Shown: piece after piece, positions 25,942 to 35,224 of the stretch | Layout of the letters: every line of letters starts with the position of its first letter | Position numbering within the stretch: position 1 is the stretch's first letter | DNA from: Anaerolineae bacterium | Lineage (GTDB): Bacteria; Chloroflexota; Anaerolineae; UBA1429 | Direction: 5' to 3' | DNA: 64,000 nucleotides | Assembly: GCA_963675785.1 (NCBI GenBank) | Contig: OY776562.1 | Location: 992,001 to 1,056,000 of the forward strand | Made by a program: the position numbers and the translations under genes | The notes under the pieces: model-generated | The model's database searches: none | Told to the model about the DNA's origin: nothing | Seen by the model: only the letters and a program-made list of their open reading frames with translations

Positions 25942-27636
25942 ATGGCGCAGGTTTGGGCCACGGCCACTATCGGCGATTCGCGGGGATTGCATGCGCGCCT
26001 GGCCTGGCAGGTTCGACAGGCCGCGTTGGCTTCTGGCTGTCGGATCGTACTTACATGGCAGGGGCGTACTGCCGAGGCCGATTCTTTTGCCGAACTCCTG
26101 GCACTGGGCGCTGGATGTGGAGATGCAGTGGGTATCGCAGTGGACGGCGAGGATGCCGAGAGAGTTGCCGCTGAGCTTTGCTTTCTAGTGGAGCGCTCTG
26201 AGGAGGCAGCAGCCCTAGCTCCTATGGCCGAGAGCGTGCTGGCCCCCGGCCGGGCTAGCGGCGCGATCTATCGGGTGATTCCCGATGAAGATACGCTTCA
26301 AAGCCGTCTCCATGATGCGACCTGGCGCGATCGTGCAGCCCAAGCTTTGGCAACTGAGATTACTAGCCAAACCTGGGATGAGGATATTCGCGCTATTCTG
26401 GAAGCCTCTCTGGCTGTGCTCATCTGTACGAATGTGGATTTGCCCGAGATGTTGCGCTCGGTCCCAGTAGAGGTTCGTCGTGACGTGCTGCGTCGTGTTC
26501 AGCATTACCACAAGCCCCGTACATCCGATTCGCGTGAGTTGGTGATTGTGGGTGAGTACCTCTTGCCAGCGGACCTGCTGCCGCCGTCTGGTTGTCGCGT
26601 GGTAGGCGCCTGTTGCGTAGCTAACGGCTGGCTTTCTCATGCAGCAGTGTATGCCAGGTCGTTGGGCATCCCCATGATCGCCGTCAGTTCAGGCGAACTG
26701 GCTGCGTTGTATGACGGTCAAGATATGACTATCGGTGAGGATTTGCCGGTAAAGGCAGAGGCAATGCCACTGTGGCCTGGCTTAAACTCGAACATAGCCT
26801 TATGGTTGGATTCGGCATCTCCCGAGGAGGTGCGTGCTGGTCTGGCTAGAGGAGCAGTCGGGGTGGGTCTTGTGCGTAGCGAGTTTTTGGCGGCACAAGC
26901 TTGTGGTTGGCAGGCCAAGGGACTGACACGCGCTATATCCGAGTTGCTCGATGCTGCGGGTGATCGTCCAGTGGTGCTGCGGCTACCGCAATCTGATGGG
27001 CTGTATGGCAGCATCACAGACGAGAACTGGTTGATGCGGCATCCTGGCATTTTGCAGATGTTGCTGGAGGTATTCTCTCAGACTGCCCCCGGACATGATG
27101 TCCGCCTTGCCGTGTCGCGCGTGACCTCGCAGGAGAGTTGGCAGGCCGTTATCACCATAGTGCGCGAAGCGGGTCTGTCCTTGCCGGTTTATGCCTGCAT
27201 CGAGAGTGAGCAAGGACTGTCTGTCCTATCCTCTCTTGTGCCGCGCCCCGCTGGTTTGTTGTTGGGTACGGGAGATTTGGCTGCTGATCTGGCCGGCTTG
27301 AATCGCGAGACTGCCCCTATAAAAGATGTCTTTTACTCTATGGATTTCGTTCAGGCCGTGCGTATGCTGGTTCTTCGGGCGCAAGAGTTGGAATTACCCC
27401 TCATTGGCTGTGGGGCGGCGGCCTACCAATTACCCGAGGCAGCGTTACTGGTGGCCTTGGGGATGGGCGATCTGGCTGTGCCAGCAACGGGCGTTATTGC
27501 GTTGCGCAGCGGCTTGGCACATCTCACTCCGCACAGTGCTAATGCACTCGGCAAAGAGCTGCTCAATTGCACATCTGCGCAGCAAATACAGACAAGGGTT
27601 CAGCGCTGGCTGAAGGAGACAGGAGCTCAAGTGTGA
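25942..27636 (+). CDS. HPr-Enzyme I fusion with a degenerate PEP-binding domain
   Basis: HPr GLHAR and ADSFAELLALG; EI SHAAVYARSLGIP; GVGLVRSEF; LGTGDL; GCG. Confidence 0.8.
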   Translation: MAQVWATATIGDSRGLHARLAWQVRQAALASGCRIVLTWQGRTAEADSFAELLALGAGCGDAVGIAVDGEDAERVAAELCFLVERSEEAAALAPMAESVLAPGRASGAIYRVIPDEDTLQSRLHDATWRDRAAQALATEITSQTWDEDIRAILEASLAVLICTNVDLPEMLRSVPVEVRRDVLRRVQHYHKPRTSDSRELVIVGEYLLPADLLPPSGCRVVGACCVANGWLSHAAVYARSLGIPMIAVSSGELAALYDGQDMTIGEDLPVKAEAMPLWPGLNSNIALWLDSASPEEVRAGLARGAVGVGLVRSEFLAAQACGWQAKGLTRAISELLDAAGDRPVVLRLPQSDGLYGSITDENWLMRHPGILQMLLEVFSQTAPGHDVRLAVSRVTSQESWQAVITIVREAGLSLPVYACIESEQGLSVLSSLVPRPAGLLLGTGDLAADLAGLNRETAPIKDVFYSMDFVQAVRMLVLRAQELELPLIGCGAAAYQLPEAALLVALGMGDLAVPATGVIALRSGLAHLTPHSANALGKELLNCTSAQQIQTRVQRWLKETGAQV

Positions 27637-28121
27637 TGAAACAGGTGTTGGTCGTGGGCATCGCTGGTTGGCATAATTCGGGTAAAACGACTTTTATCGA
27701 GGCCTTGGTGCATGAACTCGTGAGCCGAGACATGCATGTAGGCGTTATTAAGCATACTCGCCAAGAGGTAGAACTCGATACTGAGGGTACGGATTCGTGG
27801 CGCATGGGGCAGGCAGGCGCCGAGCGTGTCGCCCTGGTTGGGCCAGCGGGTATGGCCTTGTACGAGTACGGCCCTGAACCTGATTTCGACGAGGTGTTGA
27901 CCAGATTCTCGCCCGGTCTCGATATTGTACTCGTCGAGGGCTACAAATCAGTGCCCATGCCGAGGATCGAAGTGCGCCGGACGGCGAGCGATGAAGCCTT
28001 GCCCTTGGATAGCGAAAGGCTCGCCATTGTTTGCAGCGAGCCTTTCAAAGCCGATGTTCCTGTATTATCCCCAGATGACATTGAAGGGATACTCGCTCTC
28101 CTGAAAGAGCGCGGCTTATGA
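27636..28121 (+). CDS. mobB: molybdopterin-guanine dinucleotide biosynthesis protein B
   Basis: GWHNSGKTT P-loop, IKH, D.EGTDSWR, LVEGYK. Confidence 0.9.
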   Translation: MKQVLVVGIAGWHNSGKTTFIEALVHELVSRDMHVGVIKHTRQEVELDTEGTDSWRMGQAGAERVALVGPAGMALYEYGPEPDFDEVLTRFSPGLDIVLVEGYKSVPMPRIEVRRTASDEALPLDSERLAIVCSEPFKADVPVLSPDDIEGILALLKERGL

Positions 28122-29147
28122 TTCTTCGGTAGTCTTGAGGGGCTTGCTGGCCACATAGATGAGCAGGCTAAGGATCAGCAGTCCGGCGGCGACGAGTACA
28201 GTGAACTTGAGCAGTCGAGAAGAAATGAGCAGCGCAGCGGCACCCAAGAGTGCCGTGATGCCATAGTACATTAGCACGATGCGGCTTTGTGGCCATCCCA
28301 GATCCTGCAGGCGAAGATGTAAATGTCCCCGTCCAGCAGTGGTAGCTCGGACTCCGCTCTTCCATCGCGAATAAACCTGCCAGATTAGATCGACGATGGG
28401 TAACCACAGCACCAACAGTGCGGTAGCCACTTTGGCGCCAGCCACAATAGACAGTGCCCCCAGGCCAAAACCGAGTACGTAGGCGCCGCCCCCCAGGAAG
28501 ATCTTGGCGGGGTGAAAATTATAAGGTAGGAACCCCACACAGCAGCCCAACAGGGCCAGTGGCAACAGTGATACGCTGTACTGCTCCAACCTGAGCATGT
28601 GGATAAAGAGGATCAATGAGGAGATGGCTGTCACGCCTGCCACTAGGCCGTCTAGGCCATCCAGTACGTTCAAGGTAATGGGAAAGCCAACTAGCCAGAC
28701 CAGAGTGATAGGGATCATGATATACCAATCCACCACGACTTGGGCATCAGTAAAGGGATTGTTGAAGCGTTCGATGAATACCTGGCAGATCATTGCTACA
28801 GCAGCGGCTAGCACCAGGCCGATGAGCTGCTTCCAGCCGGGCCAATGGTAGCGATCGTCAAGCAGGCCCATGCACCAAACGATGATCATACCTGCCAGTA
28901 CGCCAAAGAGTCGCGTCAATTCGAGAGAATCGATGCGAGGCAGCGGCACGGTAATCAATGCCGCTGCAGCAAAGGCTGGTAAGAGGCCAAGGCCGCCGAT
29001 GCGCACCACGCGTCCCTTGTGCTTGCGCCGTCCCCCGGGCTCATCAACCAGACCAAGCTGGTCGCCAATGCGTATGGACAGTGGTGTGAGCAGGTAAACG
29101 CCCAATGCGCTGATAGCAAAGACAGCAATATACCAGAGTGCGCTCAT
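28116..29147 (-). CDS. MraY/WecA/TagO-family undecaprenyl-phosphate sugar-1-phosphate transferase
   Basis: RKH, GLLDD, NVLDGLDGL, FLPYNFHPAKIFLG, HLH. Confidence 0.9.
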   Translation of the reverse strand: MSALWYIAVFAISALGVYLLTPLSIRIGDQLGLVDEPGGRRKHKGRVVRIGGLGLLPAFAAAALITVPLPRIDSLELTRLFGVLAGMIIVWCMGLLDDRYHWPGWKQLIGLVLAAAVAMICQVFIERFNNPFTDAQVVVDWYIMIPITLVWLVGFPITLNVLDGLDGLVAGVTAISSLILFIHMLRLEQYSVSLLPLALLGCCVGFLPYNFHPAKIFLGGGAYVLGFGLGALSIVAGAKVATALLVLWLPIVDLIWQVYSRWKSGVRATTAGRGHLHLRLQDLGWPQSRIVLMYYGITALLGAAALLISSRLLKFTVLVAAGLLILSLLIYVASKPLKTTEES

Positions 29148-29199
29148 CGACTACCTCGAATTCAGTATGTTCTGCTGGTTGGCAGAACGTTGAATAAGG

Positions 29200-29862
29200 T
29201 TAGGCGGTTCCGAACTGACGATCGCCTGCATCACCGAGACCCGGAAGGATATAGCCTTGCGGCGGATCGTCTGGGCTGGTAGGTGCTGGTGTCAATCGTT
29301 CATCAATCGCGGCAATGTGAATATCGACATCAGGATGGGCGGTAGCCAGTGCTCTGATGCCTTCAGGCGCGGCGATAATCCCCATATACTTGATGCGCTT
29401 GGCGCCCCATTTTTTGAGGATGTCGATGGTTGCGGTGGCAGAACCACCCGTTGCCAGCATGGGATCCAACACCAGGCAAACTTGCACAGTGGGGTTCACC
29501 GGCAGTTTGTTATAATACTGCACGGGTTCCAGGGTCTGATGGTCGCGGTACAGGCCAATGTGCCAGACTTCAGCGCCCGGCAGCAGATTCCACATACCCT
29601 CGACCATACCCAGGCCGGCACGCAGAACGGGCACCAGGCCGACTTTTTCAGCGAGACGAACGCCCGTTGTAACAGCCAAAGGCGTTTGTACGGTTCTGGG
29701 TTCGAGTTCCAAATCACGTGTAGCCTCGTATCCGAGCAACACCGAGATCTCGTTGATCAGCTCACGAAACTTTTTCGGTTCGGTCTCTACACTGCGCAGC
29801 AGCGTTACCTTGTGTTTCACGAGGGGGTGCTGTGATTCGAACACCCTGTCGCCCAAGCTCAT
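29200..29862 (-). CDS. upp: uracil phosphoribosyltransferase
   Basis: [34 protein letters not shown]. Confidence 0.96.
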   Translation of the reverse strand: MSLGDRVFESQHPLVKHKVTLLRSVETEPKKFRELINEISVLLGYEATRDLELEPRTVQTPLAVTTGVRLAEKVGLVPVLRAGLGMVEGMWNLLPGAEVWHIGLYRDHQTLEPVQYYNKLPVNPTVQVCLVLDPMLATGGSATATIDILKKWGAKRIKYMGIIAAPEGIRALATAHPDVDIHIAAIDERLTPAPTSPDDPPQGYILPGLGDAGDRQFGTA

Positions 29863-29881
29863 GGCTTTCTCCTTTGCTTGC

Positions 29882-29921
29882 AAAGAGGGGTAGCGCTCTC
29901 AAAAACGCTACCCCTCTCTTT
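29882..29921. terminator. hairpin terminator after the por operon
   Basis: AGAGGGGTAGCG / CGCTACCCCTCT stem. Confidence 0.65.
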
Positions 29922-29933
29922 AACGATCCACTG

Positions 29934-30881
29934 CTACTTGGAGCACTCTTCTTCGTGCAACAAGCGCTCCCATTCCCAATCCGTACGCTCCTGAATTTCC
30001 TGGAGGAGCTGGGCATTGGCGGGGCGGAAGAGGTGACGGAACCGACCCTGCGTATTGAGCCACTCAGCGACGGGCTGTTTTTCGCGGGGCTTGTAGTTGA
30101 CGATGGTCTTGCCATTTTCAACTTCGTACAGCGGCCAGTAGCAAGTATCAGCTGCTAGCTGGCAGATGTTCATGGCCTGATCTGAAGCATGGCGCCAGCC
30201 ACGAGGGCAGGGAGCCAGGATATTCAGCACGGCCGGACCATCGGCTGCAAAAGCCTTCTTGACCTTGGTCATCAGGTCACGATAGTTGTGCGGTGCTGCC
30301 TGGGCGACGTAGGGAATGTCGTGGGCGGCCATAATGCGCGTGAACGGCTTGCGCCACTGGGGCTTGCCGGGCATCACCTTGCCAACTGGCGTGGTGGTGG
30401 TGTTAGCGCCGCGCGGCGTTGCACCAGAACGCTGAATGCCGGTGTTCATATAAGCTTCGTTGTTCAAGCACACATATACAAACTTGTGGCCGCGCTCCAA
30501 AGCGCCCGAGATGAACTGCAAGCCGATGTCATAGCTGGCGCCGTCGCCGCCGATGGCCATGAACTTGATCTCGGCATCTTCTGCGATCTTGCCAGTGCGC
30601 TTGAGCGCTTTATAAGCCGCCTCGACGCCAGAGATGGTGGTAGCAGCGTTTTCAAAGGCGGTGTGAATCCAGGGCACCTCCCACGCAGTGGTGGGGTATA
30701 CCGTGGTAGATACTTCCATACAACCAGTCGCGTTGGCGATGATGACTGGGCCATCGATAGCATGTAGGATCTGGCGCATGACGGTTGGCTCTGCGCAACC
30801 AGCGCAAAGACGGTGACCGGAAGCGAGACGCTCGGGGTCTTCAGCCATGTCGCGCAGACGAATGCGAATGTTCTCTGCCAT
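29934..30881 (-). CDS. porB: pyruvate/2-oxoacid:ferredoxin oxidoreductase beta subunit
   Basis: GHRLCAGC, TGCMEV, GGDG...NNEAYMNTGIQRS TPP motif, PCPRGW. Confidence 0.94.
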   Translation of the reverse strand: MAENIRIRLRDMAEDPERLASGHRLCAGCAEPTVMRQILHAIDGPVIIANATGCMEVSTTVYPTTAWEVPWIHTAFENAATTISGVEAAYKALKRTGKIAEDAEIKFMAIGGDGASYDIGLQFISGALERGHKFVYVCLNNEAYMNTGIQRSGATPRGANTTTTPVGKVMPGKPQWRKPFTRIMAAHDIPYVAQAAPHNYRDLMTKVKKAFAADGPAVLNILAPCPRGWRHASDQAMNICQLAADTCYWPLYEVENGKTIVNYKPREKQPVAEWLNTQGRFRHLFRPANAQLLQEIQERTDWEWERLLHEEECSK

Positions 30882-30911
30882 ATTATGCACTCCTCTTCTC
30901 TTGCTGTCCGA

Positions 30912-32108
30912 TCACTCACGCAGGCCGAGGTAGCGAACCATGTCGCCGCGCTCGCCAGAGGAGGCAATCTCCTGGAGATCGGTATAGACCGACTCGATCA
31001 TTGGCGGAACGGTATCACGGCCACCAAGACCAAAGACATAGTTGACCAGTGGTAGGCCAGTCACACCCTCGTTGTAAAGAGCCGCTGCAACGTCGAGGAA
31101 GAGCGGACCGCAGCCCATAGGCGAGCCAAAGGAAATGGCGCGGTCAAGAACGGCTACAGCCTTGCAACCCTTGATGGCGTCGATGATTGCCGTATAAGGG
31201 AAGGGGCGGAAGAGCCGCGGCTTGACGAGGCCGACCTTGAGACCCTTGGCGCGAAGGTCACGGCATACTGTGCGGGTGGTACCTGCGGTAGAACTGAGTA
31301 CGATGATCGCCACATCGGCGTCATCCATCCCAAAGGTATCGAGGATGGGCTGGGGTCGGCCAGAGAGCGCGGCGTATTCGGCACTAACCTGCTCGATAAC
31401 GGGCAGGGCCTTTTCGAGGGCCTCGGTCTGCTGGCGCTTGTGTTCAAAGTAATAGTCAGTAAAGTCCCAGGCGCCCATGGTGACCGGACGTTCTACATCC
31501 AGCAGCCAATTGGTGGGGGCATAGGTGCCGACGAATTCCTTGACGGCCTCATCGGGCAGCATACCTACGCGCTCGACACCGTGACCGGTGATAAAACCGT
31601 CCTGGCAGGACATGACCGGGGTCAACACATCGGGATGCTCGGCAACGCGCATAGACTTGATGGTGTTATCGTAGGCTTCTTGTCCAGATTCGGCATAGAA
31701 CTGAATCCAGCCGCTATCGCGGGCAGACATGGAATCGGAATGATCGCAGTGGATGTTCAAGGGGCTGGAGAGGGCACGGTTCACCACGCTCATCACGATG
31801 GGCAAACGCATACCAGAAGCGGCGTAGAGCATCTCAAACATGAGTGCAAGGCCGTTGGCGGCAGTAGCCGTCATAACACGGGCACCAGCAGCTGAAGCGC
31901 CAACTGAGGCACTCATTGCGGCGTGCTCGCTCTCAACCGGCACAAACTCGGTGTGGACGATACCATCTGCGACAAACTGCGAAAAATTCTGTACAATTGC
32001 CGTCTGCGGGGTGATAGGATACGCCGCAACGACATCTGGCTCTATTTGGCGCATGGCCTGCGCGACCGAGTTGGCTCCGTCGAGCGGCATGTACTTGCTT
32101 TCTACCAT
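30912..32108 (-). CDS. porA: pyruvate/2-oxoacid:ferredoxin oxidoreductase alpha subunit
   Basis: AYPITPQT, VESEHAA, NRALSSP, GLGGRD. Confidence 0.94.
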   Translation of the reverse strand: MVESKYMPLDGANSVAQAMRQIEPDVVAAYPITPQTAIVQNFSQFVADGIVHTEFVPVESEHAAMSASVGASAAGARVMTATAANGLALMFEMLYAASGMRLPIVMSVVNRALSSPLNIHCDHSDSMSARDSGWIQFYAESGQEAYDNTIKSMRVAEHPDVLTPVMSCQDGFITGHGVERVGMLPDEAVKEFVGTYAPTNWLLDVERPVTMGAWDFTDYYFEHKRQQTEALEKALPVIEQVSAEYAALSGRPQPILDTFGMDDADVAIIVLSSTAGTTRTVCRDLRAKGLKVGLVKPRLFRPFPYTAIIDAIKGCKAVAVLDRAISFGSPMGCGPLFLDVAAALYNEGVTGLPLVNYVFGLGGRDTVPPMIESVYTDLQEIASSGERGDMVRYLGLRE

Positions 32109-32127
32109 TTTGTTCCTCCGTTGCAGG

Positions 32128-32481
32128 CTAGTCCTGGGTGGCGTCGGACTCGGGGATCATCTGGAGCACCTTGCCAAGCTCACCAGTGACGGCGTGGGGC
32201 TCTTTGATGTCCTTGGGACAAACCGTGGTGCAAATGCCGCAACCCTTGCAGTGGATGTAATCAATGCCGACGACTTTGCCATTTTCAACAAGAATCGACG
32301 AGTCGGGGCAGGCGATCCAACATGCGAGGCAGTGGATGCACTGATCAGCATCGTGTACAGGGCGGAATGTACGCCACGTACCCGTCTGATAGGTCTCGGA
32401 AATGCCTGGTGTGGTGACAACGCCACCAGGGTTTGCTTCGGTCCAGGGCAGATCCAGACGCGGAGCTTCATATCTTGCCAT
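32128..32481 (-). CDS. porD: pyruvate/2-oxoacid:ferredoxin oxidoreductase delta subunit (2[4Fe-4S])
   Basis: TGTWR..RP, CIHCLACWIACP, CKGCGICTTVCP. Confidence 0.93.
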   Translation of the reverse strand: MARYEAPRLDLPWTEANPGGVVTTPGISETYQTGTWRTFRPVHDADQCIHCLACWIACPDSSILVENGKVVGIDYIHCKGCGICTTVCPKDIKEPHAVTGELGKVLQMIPESDATQD

Positions 32482-32526
32482 GAGTAAATCCTCCTGGATT
32501 AGGTGGTATTCAGGATGCTCTAGGGC

Positions 32527-33099
32527 TTAGCCCTGTATGCATTCATCATAGGCCCGCTGAAGGGCGCGGACGTTAGCCTCGACGACTTCGGGGCGGAGCT
32601 TGTTGCCCAGTGTTTCCCGGGTAACTTCAATAGCACATTCGATCGTGATCAGGCCGGTCGCCTTGGCGATAACACCCAACATCATCGTCGAGGGGATATC
32701 TCTTTTGAGCTCTTCGAGTGCGATATTCGATGCGGGAACTGTCCACAGTTTGCCAGTTGCGAACTTGATCCGCTTGCGCATATCTTCGGGGGGCTCGGTG
32801 GTGTTGATGATGATGAGGCCATCTTTTTTCAGGCCTTCGGTAATGTCGACAATACCGAGAAGGTTGGGATTCACTACAACTACGATGTCTGGTTCAAGAA
32901 CGGGGCAGTGCATCTCGATCGGCTCATTGTCGATGCGCGTGTAGCACTTGATGGGAGCGCCCATACGCTCGGAGCCGTACTCTGGAAAGGCCTGGAAGAA
33001 CTTGCCCCCCTTCATAGCGACTTCGGCCAGGAGCTCGCTTGCCGTGACCACGCCTTGCCCGGCGCGTCCGTGCCACCGGAATTCGGTCATCTGGCTCAT
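32527..33099 (-). CDS. porC: pyruvate/2-oxoacid:ferredoxin oxidoreductase gamma subunit
   Basis: EFRWHGRAGQG, FPEYGSERMGAP; GGAGG RBS. Confidence 0.93.
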   Translation of the reverse strand: MSQMTEFRWHGRAGQGVVTASELLAEVAMKGGKFFQAFPEYGSERMGAPIKCYTRIDNEPIEMHCPVLEPDIVVVVNPNLLGIVDITEGLKKDGLIIINTTEPPEDMRKRIKFATGKLWTVPASNIALEELKRDIPSTMMLGVIAKATGLITIECAIEVTRETLGNKLRPEVVEANVRALQRAYDECIQG

Positions 33100-33387
33100 C
33101 CTTTGATACCTCCTGCGAAAACTTAAGGGCGCTACCACGAGGTACGCCCGGAGCATTTTTGACATGGCAAGCGCTGCGCAGTGGGCACTAAATATCATGC
33201 TGCCGCGCAGTGTGTCACGCCTCTCTAGAGTCCGAGCTATTGTAAGGCTCAGGCGGGCGTGTGTCAAGATGAGAGATAGACCGTGCAAGGCTTCACAAAG
33301 TTCAGGGAGCTGGCATGGAACTGGAATGCAAGAGCGATCGTTAGTATCTATAATGGCAAGATTGATTCTCAGACACGGGAGAAGCAG

Positions 33388-34062
33388 ATGAGATCATTGC
33401 AGATTGTCGAGTTCATTCTGCGTAGCAGAGACCAGTTCTTTGTTGAGGTGAGGGAGGGCAAGCAGCTTGGCCAAAAACTAAAATCCATGATCATTGCCAG
33501 CCTTTTATGTTTGCTGGTGTACGGCGCTGTTCTGGGGTCTTCGCACAGCGCACTACAGGCCCTCAGTTCGGCCATAAAGTTACCGATTCTTTTCTTGGTC
33601 ACATTGGTGCTGACCGGACCGACCCTCTATTTCTTCAGTGTCCTCTTTGGTTCCAACCAGACTCTGACGCAAAGCTTGGTTCTGCTGATGACGGCCATAA
33701 CCGTCACGTCGGTGCTTTTGCTCAGTTTTGCGCCAATCACCCTCTTTTTTCTCCTATCCACCAGTAGTTATCAACTCTTTAAACTGCTGAATGTGCTGTT
33801 CTTTATCATAGCGGGCTTTCGGGGTGTGCGCTTTTTGGGGTATGGCATGCGCATTGTCTCGCAGGATGAGCAAGGGTTGGGCCAACGCCATCGCCTGCTG
33901 TGGTTCTGGGTGGCGCTCTATGGTTTGGTGGGCAGTCAACTGGCTTGGACGCTGCGACCCTTTGTGGGTGCCCCGGGATTACCCTTTGAGCTATTCCGCG
34001 GCTTTGGCGGCACCTTTTTTGCCAACATACTCGTAAGCTTTGGTGAATTGCTGGGCCTTTAG
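33388..34062 (+). CDS. conserved multi-pass membrane protein (Yip1-like topology)
   Basis: SAIKLPILF, FAPITLFF, YGLVGSQLAWTLRPFVG; hydrophobic. Confidence 0.75.
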   Translation: MRSLQIVEFILRSRDQFFVEVREGKQLGQKLKSMIIASLLCLLVYGAVLGSSHSALQALSSAIKLPILFLVTLVLTGPTLYFFSVLFGSNQTLTQSLVLLMTAITVTSVLLLSFAPITLFFLLSTSSYQLFKLLNVLFFIIAGFRGVRFLGYGMRIVSQDEQGLGQRHRLLWFWVALYGLVGSQLAWTLRPFVGAPGLPFELFRGFGGTFFANILVSFGELLGL

Positions 34063-34087
34063 ACGCTGGTGATATAAGGAGAAGGCG

Positions 34088-34855
34088 ATGGCTGACGAAA
34101 ACAAGCGCCACGATATCACCGAGCAATTCCTCGATGTGTTGCTGGACGCTTTGATTGAGCGGAACAACGAACGAAAACGCGTTGGGTATTCGAGTGCCCG
34201 CAAGGCTGAGACGAATACGGCACAGGCTTCTACTGAGACATCTATTGGTGGTCAAGCTGCTGTAGCGCTCACGAATCGTATGGCTGTTTCGGCGCGAGCT
34301 GCTGGTCCTGGTGAAGCGGGGTGGATTCCAGCCCCTGCTGCCACTTCTATTGGGGTGGGGCGCACTTTGTGGCGGTTACTCCTGCTGGTTGTCATACTAG
34401 CTGTGGTGATCAACATTCCGGTGACATCCCACGGCGTGAGTTTGGCCAGACTTTTGCCCGATAGAGAGGCGCTGATCATCCGCGATGGGCTCTTGCTCAA
34501 GACCGAGGGCGACGCGATTTACGTGCTGATGGACAACGAACTGCATTGGATTCCCACGATCTCGGCCTTTGGGAAGATGGGCTATAGATGGGACGACGTA
34601 CATGTGGTGGACGAAGACTTTATGAGCCAGTTTGTGATGGGTGACCCCATGCCCCAGCTCATCAAGTGCGAGGATGAACCTCATGTGTATCGCGTTAATG
34701 CCGACGGTACACGCAGTTGGATTGTGGACATCAATACCTTTGTGGCCGAGGGGTACGTGTGGGATGATGTGATGGAATTGCCCTGTGACGAGGTAGAGGT
34801 GATTCCGCTGGGAGAGAGTATTCCAGCGGGTAACGGGGCTCCGCCAAATCAGTGA
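34088..34855 (+). CDS. membrane-anchored hypothetical protein with two C-terminal ~53-aa repeats
   Basis: One TM helix, then two repeats L.K....YV.....WI....F...GY.WDDV. Confidence 0.7.
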   Translation: MADENKRHDITEQFLDVLLDALIERNNERKRVGYSSARKAETNTAQASTETSIGGQAAVALTNRMAVSARAAGPGEAGWIPAPAATSIGVGRTLWRLLLLVVILAVVINIPVTSHGVSLARLLPDREALIIRDGLLLKTEGDAIYVLMDNELHWIPTISAFGKMGYRWDDVHVVDEDFMSQFVMGDPMPQLIKCEDEPHVYRVNADGTRSWIVDINTFVAEGYVWDDVMELPCDEVEVIPLGESIPAGNGAPPNQ

Positions 34856-34896
34856 TGACTGGATTTAGGAGATTTTGCGGATTCATTGTGTAAGGC

Positions 34897-34925
34897 TTGA
34901 CATTCAGCAGCTGCTGTGATATTGT
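34897..34925 (+). promoter_or_regulatory. sigma70-type promoter upstream of the riboswitch
   Basis: TTGACA - 17 nt (ending TGa) - TATTGT. Confidence 0.55.
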
Positions 34926-35002
34926 CACTGTGGTTGAATATGACAGTTGATTACAACAGAAAAGTATATGCGTCGCCTAATGCAAACAGCATTACCGTTC
35001 AA

Positions 35003-35115
35003 TGACGAACGACTGACTGTCTGCAGCGGGGGAACCAGAATTGGGGCGAATCGTTTTCGGAACGTAGGGGCTTTCCTCTTTCTTCCCGAGCCCGTCAGCT
35101 AACCTCGCCGGCGTA
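35003..35115 (+). promoter_or_regulatory. c-di-AMP riboswitch (ydaO/yuaA class)
   Basis: Hallmark blocks in order: GCGGGGGAACCA, TGGGGCGAAT, GTAGGG, CCCGAGCCCGTCAGCTAACCTCG..GGCG. Confidence 0.92.
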
Positions 35116-35117
35116 GA

Positions 35118-35158
35118 AAAGGACACCGCACGTATTTGTACGGGCGGTGGCCTTTTTT
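35118..35158 (+). terminator. riboswitch expression-platform terminator
   Basis: AAAGG.CACCGC...GCGGTG.CCTTTTTT directly after the aptamer. Confidence 0.8.
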
Positions 35159-35224
35159 GTTGCGTCAAACTGTCTATCGTCCGCCCTATATCCGTCCATG
35201 TATGAAAAAAAGGGAGGAACCGGA

